Shown piece by piece: positions 15,405-26,364 of a DNA stretch of 54,901 nucleotides; position 1 is the stretch's first letter; each line of letters begins with the position of its first letter. Position numbers and translations under genes: made by a program. The notes beneath the pieces are model-generated. The model was given only the letters and a program-made list of their open reading frames with translations. It searched no databases and was not told the DNA's origin. This DNA is from a virus. Lineage: Duplodnaviria; Caudoviricetes. The DNA is taken from IMG/VR virus record IMGVR_UViG_3300032087_000550, positions 1-54,901 of that record; one strand, 5' to 3'.

Positions 15405-17195
15405 GTGGCCCTCGTTGTTGCTGATCGCGTAAAAGAAACGACTACGACCACCGGAACTGGCACGTACACACTTGCTGGTGCCGAGACTGGGTTCGAGTCG
15501 TTTTCTGCTGTCGGGGATGGCAATACGACGTACTACTGTTGTACGGACGGCACGGACTTTGAGGTGGGCATCGGTACGTACACCGCTTCGGGTACGACCC
15601 TTGCGCGTACGACAATCTTACAGTCGAGCAACAGCGATGCGGCAGTCAATTGGTCGGCAGGTTCGCGGGACATTTTTGTCACGCAGCCAGCAGAGAAGGC
15701 GGTGTTCCTCGACGGGAGTGGGAACATCTCCATTCCCGGCACGATTGATGGCCGCGACCTTGCTACAGATGGTACAAAACTCGACGGCATAGAGGCGTCC
15801 GCTGATGTAACCGACACCGCCAATGTCACCGCCGCTGGTGCGTTGATGGACAGTGAGGTGACAAACCTTGCTGACGTGAAGTCATTCGACCCCGCTGATT
15901 ACGCTACTGCGGCGCAGGGAACTACTGCTGACTCTGCTATGCAGGATTTGGTTGACGACACTACCCCTCAACTCGGCGGCGACCTCCAGTCGAATGGCAA
16001 CAATATCGACCTTGCTGACAGCGACAAGTTGACCGCAGGAACTTCAGAAGACTTGCAGCTGTACCATGATGGAATAAACAGCTACATCGACAACAACACT
16101 GGCCACCTCTACATCCGTAACAACGTCGATGACGATGATGGTAGTAACATCTACATTCAAGCGAAGTCCGGCGAAACCTCTATTCAGTTACTAGACGATC
16201 AAGGCGTCTACTTCTACTATGACGGTAGTCTTAGAATGACGATGGTGTTTAACACCACGAACAGCTATAAGCCCATCAAGCTGCTTTCCAATAATGAGCT
16301 ACAATTTACGCCAGCTTCCGGCAGCAACGTGGTTAGCCTCAACTGTCCAAGTTCACTGTCATCCGACACAACAGTCACCCTGCCAAATCTAACCGGCACT
16401 GTGCCTGTGTTCAGCACCGCACCGACCTCTGCCATTACTGACGGAAGCAACGGACAGGTTCTGACCACCAATGGCTCGGGGGGTCTGTCGTTCACTACTG
16501 TTTCTGGAGGCATTTCTAATGTCGTTGACGACACCACCCCCCAGCTTGGAGGCGACCTCGACACCAACGGAAACGACATTAACTTTCCAGATAGTGCAAA
16601 CGCCACGTTTGGCGATGATGCCGACTTGGTTATGTTCCACTCTGGTACGGCGAGTGTAATCAGGGACACGGCGGCAACTGCTGCAAGACCTTTATACCTG
16701 CAAAGTAATGAAACTACGCACGGCGTAAGTATCACTAAAGTAAACGCCACTGAAAAGATGGCGAGGTTCATTCCTGACGGCGCGTGTGAACTTTATCACA
16801 ATGACAGTAAGAAGTTGGAGACAACCGCTACCGGCGTAACCGTCACCGGTCTTCTTTCCGCAACCACCAAGTCCTTTGACATTCCCCACCCCACCCAAGA
16901 CGGTATGCGTCTGCGCTACGGCTCTTTGGAGGGACCGGAGAACGGCGTCTATGTTCGTGGTAGACTGACTGGCTCGTCCGTAATCGAACTACCAGAGCAT
17001 TGGGCAGGGCTGGTTGATGAGGACAGCATCACCGTACAGCTTACCGCGATTGGCAAGTCGCAAGACCTGTGGGTCGAAGAGGTGAGCTTGCAAGAAGTGA
17101 AGATTTGTTCACGAAACGTGGACTGTTTCTACATGGTCATGGCAGAGCGTATCGACGTTGCCAAGCTAGAGGTTGAGTATGCGAATCAAGTTTGA
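15405..17195 (+). CDS. Tail fibre protein
   Basis: ADRVKETTTTTGTG N-terminus, DTTPQLGGDL repeats, C-terminal TKSFDIPHP...LEGPE chaperone-like domain. Confidence 0.8.
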   Translation: MALVVADRVKETTTTTGTGTYTLAGAETGFESFSAVGDGNTTYYCCTDGTDFEVGIGTYTASGTTLARTTILQSSNSDAAVNWSAGSRDIFVTQPAEKAVFLDGSGNISIPGTIDGRDLATDGTKLDGIEASADVTDTANVTAAGALMDSEVTNLADVKSFDPADYATAAQGTTADSAMQDLVDDTTPQLGGDLQSNGNNIDLADSDKLTAGTSEDLQLYHDGINSYIDNNTGHLYIRNNVDDDDGSNIYIQAKSGETSIQLLDDQGVYFYYDGSLRMTMVFNTTNSYKPIKLLSNNELQFTPASGSNVVSLNCPSSLSSDTTVTLPNLTGTVPVFSTAPTSAITDGSNGQVLTTNGSGGLSFTTVSGGISNVVDDTTPQLGGDLDTNGNDINFPDSANATFGDDADLVMFHSGTASVIRDTAATAARPLYLQSNETTHGVSITKVNATEKMARFIPDGACELYHNDSKKLETTATGVTVTGLLSATTKSFDIPHPTQDGMRLRYGSLEGPENGVYVRGRLTGSSVIELPEHWAGLVDEDSITVQLTAIGKSQDLWVEEVSLQEVKICSRNVDCFYMVMAERIDVAKLEVEYANQV

Positions 17196-17340
17196 GATTG
17201 CGGCTGACGACACGCCTACCGTTCTGGACAGCGAGGCTGATGCAGAGACCGTCGAGGTTGAGCGTGACGGTGACAGGCTGATTGTTCATGTCGTAGCAGA
17301 TATTCCACTGGAGCAAGACATTGGCGACGTACACGAGTAG
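17179..17340 (+). CDS. Small acidic protein (53 aa; not in ORF track)
   Basis: GAGGT SD, MRIKFEIAADD...; bridges two fibre genes. Confidence 0.55.
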   Translation: MRIKFEIAADDTPTVLDSEADAETVEVERDGDRLIVHVVADIPLEQDIGDVHE

Positions 17341-19792
17341 TCAAAGCGGCAACTTCAGCGCCTCTGCAACGTGGGGTGGCTCCGGTCCACCGGCTGACGG
17401 TGATGCGTTCAACGTATCGTCCGGCCATACAGTCACCATCGACAGCGGCATCACTCAGCCCACTAATGGCTATCATGACAGCTACGTCTATGGCGTCCTG
17501 AAAAACGATACATCTGCGAACACCGAGCTTCGCATGAACGGGCGGCTTTACATCAAGGGCGGTGGTCTGTTACACATCAATGACAATAATGGCGCATGTA
17601 CCTTCGACATGAAGATTAAGGGTACTTCTGGTGAAGCCCACGGCCTCTGGCATGAGAATGAAGATGAGGCCAGCCTTATCCTTGAGGGTGCGGACGGGAT
17701 GCCATCTACAACACTGGCATCTGCCCCTACTGAAAATGCCACCAGCCTGTCGTTTACGGATGCGTCTGATTTCGCAGTCGGGGAATGGTTCGCGGTCTTT
17801 GACAACAGCACCGCGCAGACTAGCGGCACCAACAACGCAACGTCTATGCGGGATGAAGGCTTTGTCGTCCACGACATTTCCTCAAACACAGTCTACTTCC
17901 GTCATTTCGTGGGACCAGATGATGTTACGGTTTCGAGCTATTCTGGCTCAACCCTTACGGTGAGCAACGCCAAGAAGTTTCGTAAGGGTCAGTATGTTAT
18001 TGTTGGTACGGGGTCTAACAGGACTGCGGGTAAGATTACGGGCATCAACTACACCTCAAACGAAATCACTTTGAGTGTTAGCATCACTGGTAACCCGACT
18101 GGTGCAACGCTCTACCTCACCGGTACTGAGAAGCCCCACGCATCTGGCGACAAAGTCCGCAAGGTTGCCACTATGACCACCACGTCCAGCGGCACTGGCA
18201 CAACAATCACTGTAGCGGACGCCACCCAGTTCGCGGCTGGTGACACCATCTGGATTGCGTCCCCGTGGGAAAGCTCAATCGCGTACTACAATGACTATTC
18301 GTCCTACTTGCATACTGTGTCGAGTGTAAGTGGCAACAGCATTACGTTAAGCTCTGCACCGTCTTACAGTGTTCTCAACGGTGTGTATGTTACCCGCGTA
18401 AGCCGCAACATCACCATCGGCGGAGCGAGTACAGACGACCACGTCTTTTACTACTCTGAGAGCTACACCTCGAACTACAACCGCATCAACATCCAGAAGG
18501 ATGTCCACTTCAAAGACATCGGCAACACGTCGAACAATAACTATGGCGGCTGGACGTTGCGGGGGTACTTCAACTCTAAGGCGTCACTGAAAAGCGTGAC
18601 GATGACCCAGACCGTCCCGGCCAACGACCAAGCGCCGTGGACAGAGGGTGTGACCGCTACCTTTCTACGGCAACGAGACCACAACGGACTGTGGCAGTGG
18701 TCAGTCCGGTATTCAAAGCTGCGCTGCTGTTTCGCACACAACGCCTATAATAACTATCACCCATACTGGCATGACGGAAACGGCGTCTATAACTGCATTT
18801 CATCTCGTAGCAGCAACCTCTGCTGCCGCGCTGAAGGACAGCGCAACAACAACGAGATTGCCTACAACTACTTCAACCGGCAGAACTACGGACTGCGTGT
18901 CACCGTCGGTGAGTATGAGGCTGGCTTCGGCATCCACCACAATATCTTCGATGCGTTCTCTCACTATGCTTCTAATGTATCTTCAGGCGTAGGATATGGA
19001 ATAGACGGCCTCTACTGTAACGACTTTAGAGGACCACGGTACGGTCACTACACTGAAGGCGGCGCAACGCATCTCTATAGCCGCACACAGGAAGCTGTTT
19101 CTGCTGTCGTCGGTAACTCTGGTGTGGGCATCCACGGCGGTACTAACCAAGCTGGCTCTACCTATCAAAGCCATCCATTCAGAAGCACCAAAGGCTATCA
19201 CAACGTCTCGACACATCTAGAGTGGGACTTCGAGGTGGACCTCGTTGCACAGTACGGATACAACTGCCGCCGCGTGTGGGACGTGGATAATCAAGCGTGG
19301 GCTTTCAGGAAGCGAAACAGCACTAATAGCCGCTTTGGCACCACTATCTATCTGCCTCCTAATTCAACCCTGCGCGTCAGCTTGGAGGTCAAGCTGGATG
19401 TTGCTCCACAGTCAGAGTATCCAAAGCTGCAAGTGTTAACCAACTTAGGTCAGCAATCACAGAACCGCTTGAGCAACTCTACGGCGGGTAACACTCGCTT
19501 CTCATCTGAACGCATTACAGTAAACGCCACGTCTGCATCGATTGGTGCCTATGAAGAGTTGCAGGTTACCTACCCGGCACGAGATTATGGCGCGACAGTC
19601 AACATCATTTGGGGTCAGCAGGAAAGCGCAGACGACTACGGCTTCTATCACAAAGACCCGATAATTCGCATCGACACCCCATACGAGCAATACATGTGGG
19701 TCGCAAACTCTTCGCAAAACCTTAACTTTGTGCCGGATATTCGCAACTCGTTTACACAACAGAAGAAGCGTCTGGGAGGAAGGATTAAATAA
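17321..19792 (+). CDS. Tailspike/receptor-binding protein (beta-helix-like)
   Basis: SGNFSASATWGG G8-like start; Asn/Tyr-rich parallel beta-helix-like region; TTG start after GGAG. Confidence 0.7.
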   Translation: MATYTSSQSGNFSASATWGGSGPPADGDAFNVSSGHTVTIDSGITQPTNGYHDSYVYGVLKNDTSANTELRMNGRLYIKGGGLLHINDNNGACTFDMKIKGTSGEAHGLWHENEDEASLILEGADGMPSTTLASAPTENATSLSFTDASDFAVGEWFAVFDNSTAQTSGTNNATSMRDEGFVVHDISSNTVYFRHFVGPDDVTVSSYSGSTLTVSNAKKFRKGQYVIVGTGSNRTAGKITGINYTSNEITLSVSITGNPTGATLYLTGTEKPHASGDKVRKVATMTTTSSGTGTTITVADATQFAAGDTIWIASPWESSIAYYNDYSSYLHTVSSVSGNSITLSSAPSYSVLNGVYVTRVSRNITIGGASTDDHVFYYSESYTSNYNRINIQKDVHFKDIGNTSNNNYGGWTLRGYFNSKASLKSVTMTQTVPANDQAPWTEGVTATFLRQRDHNGLWQWSVRYSKLRCCFAHNAYNNYHPYWHDGNGVYNCISSRSSNLCCRAEGQRNNNEIAYNYFNRQNYGLRVTVGEYEAGFGIHHNIFDAFSHYASNVSSGVGYGIDGLYCNDFRGPRYGHYTEGGATHLYSRTQEAVSAVVGNSGVGIHGGTNQAGSTYQSHPFRSTKGYHNVSTHLEWDFEVDLVAQYGYNCRRVWDVDNQAWAFRKRNSTNSRFGTTIYLPPNSTLRVSLEVKLDVAPQSEYPKLQVLTNLGQQSQNRLSNSTAGNTRFSSERITVNATSASIGAYEELQVTYPARDYGATVNIIWGQQESADDYGFYHKDPIIRIDTPYEQYMWVANSSQNLNFVPDIRNSFTQQKKRLGGRIK

Positions 19793-22107
19793 TGTCTGAT
19801 GATGTACTGATTACCCCTGCCAGTCGCAAGATTGAGTTCAAAGACAACTCCGGTAATGTTGACGGTAAAATCGAGTTGGACGCCAATGGCAACTTGAACA
19901 TTACCTCGCCGGGTGGCGACATTGGTCTTGGTGACGCTACTGCTGACGTGTACATCGGTGACGGCACCAACAACGTAGACATCGTGTTCGAGCAGAACGG
20001 TGAGATTCGGGGGTTGACGGGCCGTACTCTGACGTTGGGTCAGTCAGACAGTAATGTGACCATTACGGCCCAGAACTTCACAGCCAACGGCCTTTCCTAT
20101 CCGACATCTGACGGTACTAACGGTCAAGTCCTCACAACAGACGGCTCTGGTGGTCTTTCGTTCTCCACGATTTCTAGCAGCGGCGCGTATGACTTGAACG
20201 GGGGTAGGCTGACCCTCGACGCGGACGGTGACACTTATCTAGAAGCGGCGAGTGACGACTACCTCACTTTCAGTTTCCTAAATAATCAGAAATACTTTAT
20301 GAACCAATCGATGTTTGGTCCGGTAACAGGTGTAACCAATGCCCAGTTAGGTAGCTCTAACCAGTCTTGGTCATTTGGTTGGCTTACTAACCTTTACAGC
20401 ACGACCGTAAACGCTACGACGTACAATATTCAAACTGGTGGCAATCTTATATTCGAGGGTTCAACCAGCGATAACTTTGAAACCACGCTAACAGTCGCCG
20501 ACCCAACAGCCGACCGCACGATTACCCTGCCCAACGCAACCGGAACGGTCCTCCTGACTGACGGTGACGGAAGTAATCTTACAGGCATTGAAGGGTTCGC
20601 GGAAGATAGCACAACCAAAAACCTAAGTGCTGGTACAGGAGCAAACGATGGCTCTCTAGCCAGCGCGACCAGTGCGGTTTATAATATTGCGATTGGTCAG
20701 GACGCTAACGGCGGCAACACAAACTATTCCCAAAAAACTGTAGCAATCGGCTACGAGGCTCTGAAGGTAAACACAGATAACTATGAAACGGCAGTAGGTC
20801 ACCAAGCCTTGCTGGCGCGTAGCAGCACCTACTTGTTTCCGTGTGCAGCTTTTGGAAATCGTGCGGGTAGCAGGGTAACCTCTGGTTCAGCGAATACCTA
20901 CTTAGGTCCATACAACTACGGCTGTACAACCGGCGAATATAATACTGCCGTTGGCTCTTTCAATCATCAGGTTATGACCTCTGGAGAAGGGAACGCAGCC
21001 GTTGGATATTTTGCCGGTGCAGACATAACTACAGGAGACAACAATGTCACAATAGGTTATTTGACTGGTCAGAATCTTACTACCAGCGACGACAATATCC
21101 TAATAGGTCGTGAGGCAGGTGAGGCGCTTACTGGCTTTGGTCAAGACGACAATATTGCGATTGGTGCCCAAGCTCTGCATAGCTCCACAAGCTCACAAAA
21201 CAGTGTTGCCGTCGGACGTTTGGCACTAGGCGGGCTTGCCCCCGGCGATCACAACACGGGCATAGGCGATGCGGCTGGAAGTAGTTTAAGTAGTAGTTCC
21301 TCTTACAATACGTTTGTAGGATCAAGTGCTGGAGCTGTAATCACTACAGGTGCAAAAAACACCATACTCGGTGGCTACAACGGCAACGAGGGTGGCCTCG
21401 ACATCCGCACATCCAGCAACCGCATTGTCCTCAGTGATGGTGATGGTAATCCTCGTTTGCAAATCAACGGTCAGGGGGATATGAAGTACCCCGGAAGCAA
21501 TGCTGAAAGCATATTCACCAGTGACCACAGTGGTTCAGCAAGTGCTACCAACCGTCGGGGCATGAACGCATCTGGCGACCAGCTTATTATTCACTCCGGC
21601 AGTGGCACTGCGGATATTGACGCCATTAAACTTTACACAAGTCACGGCGGCGCTGTTGGATCATCTTTCGCAAAGCTGGCCTTCCTTGTGCAAAGCGACG
21701 GTGATGTACAAAACAAAAACAATTCTTACGGTCAAATTTCTGACCAGAGACTAAAGCAAGACATCGTTGATGCCGCCTCTCAATGGGATGACATCAAGGC
21801 CCTACAGGTTAAAAAGTTCCGTTTCATAGATGCAGTAACTAATCTTGGTTCTGACAATGTGCCTTTGCAGATTGGCGTAATTGCACAAGACCTTGAAGCC
21901 GCTAACATGAGCGGCCTTGTTGTTGAAAAACAGGATGTGATTGATGGTGTAGATCAAGGCACTACCACAAAATCAGTCAAATACAGCGTCCTCTACATGA
22001 AAGCAGTCAAAGCATTGCAAGAGGCAATGGAACGCATTGAAACACTGGAGGCACAGGTCACCGACCTGACCGCTCGTGTCACCGCCCTTGAAGGCGCAAC
22101 GGAGTGA
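19792..22107 (+). CDS. Tail fibre with C-terminal intramolecular chaperone (peptidase S74-like)
   Basis: N-x-A-[VI]-G repeats; SDQRLKQDI...GVIAQDLE...VKALQE coiled coil. Confidence 0.85.
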   Translation: MSDDVLITPASRKIEFKDNSGNVDGKIELDANGNLNITSPGGDIGLGDATADVYIGDGTNNVDIVFEQNGEIRGLTGRTLTLGQSDSNVTITAQNFTANGLSYPTSDGTNGQVLTTDGSGGLSFSTISSSGAYDLNGGRLTLDADGDTYLEAASDDYLTFSFLNNQKYFMNQSMFGPVTGVTNAQLGSSNQSWSFGWLTNLYSTTVNATTYNIQTGGNLIFEGSTSDNFETTLTVADPTADRTITLPNATGTVLLTDGDGSNLTGIEGFAEDSTTKNLSAGTGANDGSLASATSAVYNIAIGQDANGGNTNYSQKTVAIGYEALKVNTDNYETAVGHQALLARSSTYLFPCAAFGNRAGSRVTSGSANTYLGPYNYGCTTGEYNTAVGSFNHQVMTSGEGNAAVGYFAGADITTGDNNVTIGYLTGQNLTTSDDNILIGREAGEALTGFGQDDNIAIGAQALHSSTSSQNSVAVGRLALGGLAPGDHNTGIGDAAGSSLSSSSSYNTFVGSSAGAVITTGAKNTILGGYNGNEGGLDIRTSSNRIVLSDGDGNPRLQINGQGDMKYPGSNAESIFTSDHSGSASATNRRGMNASGDQLIIHSGSGTADIDAIKLYTSHGGAVGSSFAKLAFLVQSDGDVQNKNNSYGQISDQRLKQDIVDAASQWDDIKALQVKKFRFIDAVTNLGSDNVPLQIGVIAQDLEAANMSGLVVEKQDVIDGVDQGTTTKSVKYSVLYMKAVKALQEAMERIETLEAQVTDLTARVTALEGATE

Positions 22108-22114
22108 TTTATTA

Positions 22115-22363
22115 ATGTCTAGGACTGACGAAGAAAAAGCAAACGATTACGCTGCCATGGGTGACAGTGTTATGATGATCAATGCGATCATCGACGGCAC
22201 TATAAATGCAGATCGTTCTTTAGAGGATCGTAAAGAGAGAGTCCGACGTAACGTCGATCATCTCTCTGCAATGGTAGCACTTACAGACTGGGGAGACGAG
22301 GACATGACCGCCGTAAACGCAGCTATAACAGCCGGTCAAACGTACAGAGGAAGCAGCGAGTAA
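22115..22363 (+). CDS. Small fibre-assembly-like protein
   Basis: Follows the fibre gene; RNVDHL...DW..EDMT...AI. Confidence 0.6.
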   Translation: MSRTDEEKANDYAAMGDSVMMINAIIDGTINADRSLEDRKERVRRNVDHLSAMVALTDWGDEDMTAVNAAITAGQTYRGSSE

Positions 22364-22365
22364 TC

Positions 22366-23415
22366 ATGTTTTTTGGTGCAGGTCCATTTGCAACCGCAGC
22401 GTTCTCATCGCTGTTCGCCGCCATCCAACAGGCGACTGCATCTGTATCCGGTTCTGCGTCTGCGACGGCTACTCCAAGCACTGTTAACCTTGCATCTGCA
22501 TCCGTATCAGGTTCGGGTTCTGTAAGTGCAACAGCACAGACTATCGCAACTGCAGGTGCCTCTGTAACTGCAAGCGGAACTTCTACAGCAACAGGTCGCG
22601 GACTCCTAGACGGCGACGTTCTGATAGGCGGCTCGGCTACTGTATCGACTCCTGAAGCAAGGCTAATTGCAGCCGCATCTGCTAGTGTTGCAGGATCGGC
22701 ATCTACAACTGGCGCAGTATCATCGAGGCACGTAGGTGCTGCGTCTGTCTCCGGATCGGCAACTGTCTCGGCTGATGCAGCCACAATCCTGAATGTTGCT
22801 GCAGTCAGCATCTCTGGAAGCGCCTCTGCATCTGCCAGCCCGAAGGCACGAACACTAGCAGTAGGCAGCGTAAGCGGCAGTGCGACCACTGCAGGAACTG
22901 CACAGGCTGTTCTAGTAGGCGTTGCATCAGTACAGGGTGCAGCCACAGTCTCTGGAACAGCAGGAGCCTTGCTCGACGGAGAAGCAACAGTAACTGGCTC
23001 TGCATCTGTAGCAGCATCGCCGACTGTGTTTGCTACTGTATCCGCCACTGTCTCCGCATCCGGAAGCGTGGCTGGTTCGCCGAAGGTAGTTGCACAAGGA
23101 GTTTTCTCTGTCTCCGGTACGGCAACTACAGCGGGTGCCGCACAGACTATTGGCAGGGGCGCGGCATCCGTAGCGGGCACCACAACTGTAATTGCAGTTG
23201 GCTTCCGGTCCTTCCGCTTTGACGCAACCCTCTACGAACGAGATCGGGTTGCCTTCGTCGCCCAAGAACCCGCGCGAGAGGTCGCAGTCGGCAAGCCGAC
23301 ACAGCACGTTCTCTATGTAGTGCAGGACACGCAGCGTGTCGTACTTATCCCTGAAGATAAACCACGAACGGTATCCATACCACAAGCCGTTCAAAGACTA
23401 GCAAAGGTAGCGTAA
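22366..23415 (+). CDS. Ala/Ser/Thr/Gly-rich 20-aa repeat protein (fibre/whisker-like)
   Basis: About 13 repeats resembling ASASVSGSATVSAxxxxxxx. Confidence 0.7.
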   Translation: MFFGAGPFATAAFSSLFAAIQQATASVSGSASATATPSTVNLASASVSGSGSVSATAQTIATAGASVTASGTSTATGRGLLDGDVLIGGSATVSTPEARLIAAASASVAGSASTTGAVSSRHVGAASVSGSATVSADAATILNVAAVSISGSASASASPKARTLAVGSVSGSATTAGTAQAVLVGVASVQGAATVSGTAGALLDGEATVTGSASVAASPTVFATVSATVSASGSVAGSPKVVAQGVFSVSGTATTAGAAQTIGRGAASVAGTTTVIAVGFRSFRFDATLYERDRVAFVAQEPAREVAVGKPTQHVLYVVQDTQRVVLIPEDKPRTVSIPQAVQRLAKVA

Positions 23416-23417
23416 CG

Positions 23418-23810
23418 ATGGCACTTCGTTGGCCCGACAAAGACCCAGATGAACAACTGGACTACACTGTGGACTGGTCACGGTATCTCGACACGCTGAC
23501 CATCTCGTCTGTTGAGTGGCGGTATGTTTTGACAAACGATCTAGGGGATAAAAGCAAGGGTGAAGAATCTGTTGCCCTGTCTACGTCCTCAAACTTGGAC
23601 GCAACTGATGACGAGTCTAACCCGTCGGGGGGACTGATTGTTAACAGTCTTCCAAAAACAGATACCACAGCTACCATTGTGTTGTCTGGGGGGGTTGCGA
23701 ACAAAGACTATGTTCTTATCTGCGAAATAACAACCAGTACATCTTCAAAAACTAGCGCAGCAATCGTTACAAAACGTACGGTTAACCTGCGGGTAAGGGA
23801 GCGTAACTGA
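23418..23810 (+). CDS. Fibre-tail adaptor-like protein
   Basis: WPDKDPDEQLDYTVDW...LSGG...R.V.L.V. Confidence 0.65.
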   Translation: MALRWPDKDPDEQLDYTVDWSRYLDTLTISSVEWRYVLTNDLGDKSKGEESVALSTSSNLDATDDESNPSGGLIVNSLPKTDTTATIVLSGGVANKDYVLICEITTSTSSKTSAAIVTKRTVNLRVRERN

Positions 23811-24490
23811 TGCCGTACAATTATCTCGACATCGTCAATGAGGTTGCTCGGCGTTTGAATGAGACTGAGCTAACCAGTTCGAACTTTTCAACTGCGAGAG
23901 CCTTTCACGCAACCATCAAGGATGCTGTCAACTCCTCGATCCACGACATCAATCAGTATTACCTGTACTGGCCCTACAACCACAACTCGGATGAGATCAC
24001 GCTGGTTGCCGGGGAGACACGCTACTCGTTTGCAGACGAGGCTAAGTACGTAGACTTCGACACGTTTCGAGTGAAGCGGGACACGAGCCTCAACGTGGGA
24101 AGAGCGCGTAAACTCCGGAAAATCACCTATGTAGAGTACGTGGATCGGTACGTCGATCAGGAAGACGAGACGGACACCACGCGAGGCGGTGTTCCGGAAT
24201 ACGTGTTCCGCTCCCAAGACGGGTATTTCGGCGTCGTGCCTATGCCTGACAAGGCGTACGCCGTTGAGTACGAATACTTTATGCACCCCGTGAACCTGTC
24301 GCTGTTCGACGACGTTCCCACGATCCCCGAGCCGTACAAGCACGTGATCGTAGACGGTGCCATGTACTACTGTTACATGTTCCGCGACAACATGGAGATG
24401 GCATCTATCTCAAAGAACAAGTTCGACGAGGGCATGAAGAACATGCGAAAGATACTTGTAAACGAAAACTATTACGTAAGGTCTGTGTAA
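23810..24490 (+). CDS. Tail adaptor / tubular protein A-like
   Basis: YLDIVNEV..RLNE...P.PDKAY.V.YEY...P.IPE.YKHVIVDGA; position before the nozzle gene. Confidence 0.75.
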   Translation: MPYNYLDIVNEVARRLNETELTSSNFSTARAFHATIKDAVNSSIHDINQYYLYWPYNHNSDEITLVAGETRYSFADEAKYVDFDTFRVKRDTSLNVGRARKLRKITYVEYVDRYVDQEDETDTTRGGVPEYVFRSQDGYFGVVPMPDKAYAVEYEYFMHPVNLSLFDDVPTIPEPYKHVIVDGAMYYCYMFRDNMEMASISKNKFDEGMKNMRKILVNENYYVRSV

Positions 24491-24493
24491 GGG

Positions 24494-26359
24494 ATGCCGG
24501 ATCGTTGGCAAACATACGGGGTGGAGTTTCGCGGCGGCTTGATCTCCAATCTTAGCCCCTTGCAGCACGGCACTGCCGCCCCCGGCTCGGCCCGTGTCAT
24601 GAACAACTTCGAGCCGTCCACTGAGGGTGGTTACCGGCGTATCGAGGGTTTCACCAAGTACAACACGAACACGGTCACGGGGCAAGGTAACATACTCGGC
24701 GTGGTGTCTTACAAGGATACTGCCATCGTAGCCCGTGATCAGAGCGGTGGCAACCCGAAGCTCTTTAGCGGGGGCAGCGGATCGGGTTCGTGGACAGACC
24801 TCTCAACCACCCATACTCTCGGTGCAAACGTAGCACGGGTACGTTTTGCTAAGTACAACTTCGATGGCAACGACAAACTGTTTATCGTAGACGGCGTAGA
24901 CTACCCTCTCATCCTTACAAGTACGATTGCCAGCGGTTTGAGTAAGCTGACAACCCCTTCCGACCTACAGGGGGCAAGCCACGCAGTTGCATTTAAGAAC
25001 CACATCTTTGCTGCCAACGGCGAAAACATCGTTTTTTCGGCTCCATTTGAAGATGATGACTTTACAGCAGCTTCTGGTGGCGGTATAATCAATGTAGGTA
25101 CAACTGTAACAGACTTGATTGTTTTTCGCGAACAACTAATTGTTTTCGGGGAAGACAAGATTCTGCGTATCGTAGGCAGTAGCGTTGCGGACTTTCAGAT
25201 GCAACCGATTGCGGACGACGTGGGATGCGTAGAGTCTGACACAGCACAGGAGATATCTGGGGACGTTATATTCTTGGGTCCGGATGGATTGCGTACGGTT
25301 GCGGCAACTGAGCGCAACCAAGACTTCGAACTGGCGTCCGTATCCAAGCCCATCCAGAAACAGATGGTGCAGCTAACATCTCAAAATAGCTCCTTTGCAT
25401 CTGTGGTCATCCGAGAGAAGTCACAGTATCGACTCTTCGGGTTCACGGGATCGGCAACACCGGGCACATCGAAAGGGATTATTGGAACGCAGATTCAAGG
25501 GCAACAGGGCGTAGGCTTGAACTGGGCGGAGACTACCGGCATCAAGGCGTTCGTTGCAGATTCGACGTACAGCGGAACTACGGAGACCATCCTTTTTGCA
25601 CACAATGACGGCTACGTGTACAAGATGGAGTCGGGCAACAGCTTTGACGGGGGCAACATCGTTGCTAGCTTTTCTACCCCGTACTTCCCGATTAGTGATG
25701 CTCGTCTTCGCAAGACTATCTACAAGACCACAGTCTACACTGATCCGCAGGGCACCATCAATCTTTCCTTGAACCTGAAGTATGACTTGAGTGAATCGGG
25801 AGTTATCGAGCCGAGTACTATCACTCTGGAAAATACATCAACTGCAGGGGGTGTGTTTATTTTTGGAGAGCCTAATGTTCAGTTTGCGGACGGTGCTAAG
25901 ATAAATAACAGTGGAGGATACTCGTCGGGAGTGTCAAGTATGGTTGTGGACCTGATGTCTTTGGATAGCTCGTCGTCACCTACCCTAGCTTCAGGGGACA
26001 CATTTCAGATTCTTACAAGTAGCAGCAGTTCTGCCAACTTCAAAAAGACATACACGCTATCGAGTACGCCCTCTATAACAGGAGACGCATCCGCAGACCC
26101 GTCTACAGCAACAGCAACATTGACATTTACTCCTGCACTAGAAGCCGCTGTATCTGACAACGACGATGTCATTTTTACTAGTGTGGGCGGAGTTAATAAC
26201 ACGGCGGTGTACAGCGGAGAAACTTTGAAGTCTATTTTTGACAATCAAGCACAGGGGTCAGGATTTACTGTATCACTTCAGTTTTCTAGTGACGACACCA
26301 ACCCCCCTTACTCGCTCGACGCAGCGGTTCTCGAATACGGCCAGTACGGCAGAAGGTAA
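24494..26359 (+). CDS. Tail nozzle / tubular protein B-like
   Basis: GGL.SN...NFEPS..GGYRRI.G; beta-propeller-like repeats; FLGPDGLRT. Confidence 0.75.
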   Translation: MPDRWQTYGVEFRGGLISNLSPLQHGTAAPGSARVMNNFEPSTEGGYRRIEGFTKYNTNTVTGQGNILGVVSYKDTAIVARDQSGGNPKLFSGGSGSGSWTDLSTTHTLGANVARVRFAKYNFDGNDKLFIVDGVDYPLILTSTIASGLSKLTTPSDLQGASHAVAFKNHIFAANGENIVFSAPFEDDDFTAASGGGIINVGTTVTDLIVFREQLIVFGEDKILRIVGSSVADFQMQPIADDVGCVESDTAQEISGDVIFLGPDGLRTVAATERNQDFELASVSKPIQKQMVQLTSQNSSFASVVIREKSQYRLFGFTGSATPGTSKGIIGTQIQGQQGVGLNWAETTGIKAFVADSTYSGTTETILFAHNDGYVYKMESGNSFDGGNIVASFSTPYFPISDARLRKTIYKTTVYTDPQGTINLSLNLKYDLSESGVIEPSTITLENTSTAGGVFIFGEPNVQFADGAKINNSGGYSSGVSSMVVDLMSLDSSSSPTLASGDTFQILTSSSSSANFKKTYTLSSTPSITGDASADPSTATATLTFTPALEAAVSDNDDVIFTSVGGVNNTAVYSGETLKSIFDNQAQGSGFTVSLQFSSDDTNPPYSLDAAVLEYGQYGRR

Positions 26360-26364
26360 ACATC

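Noticed and set aside
22323-23183. 286-aa - strand ORF
   Set aside because: Mirror of the Ala/Ser repeat gene
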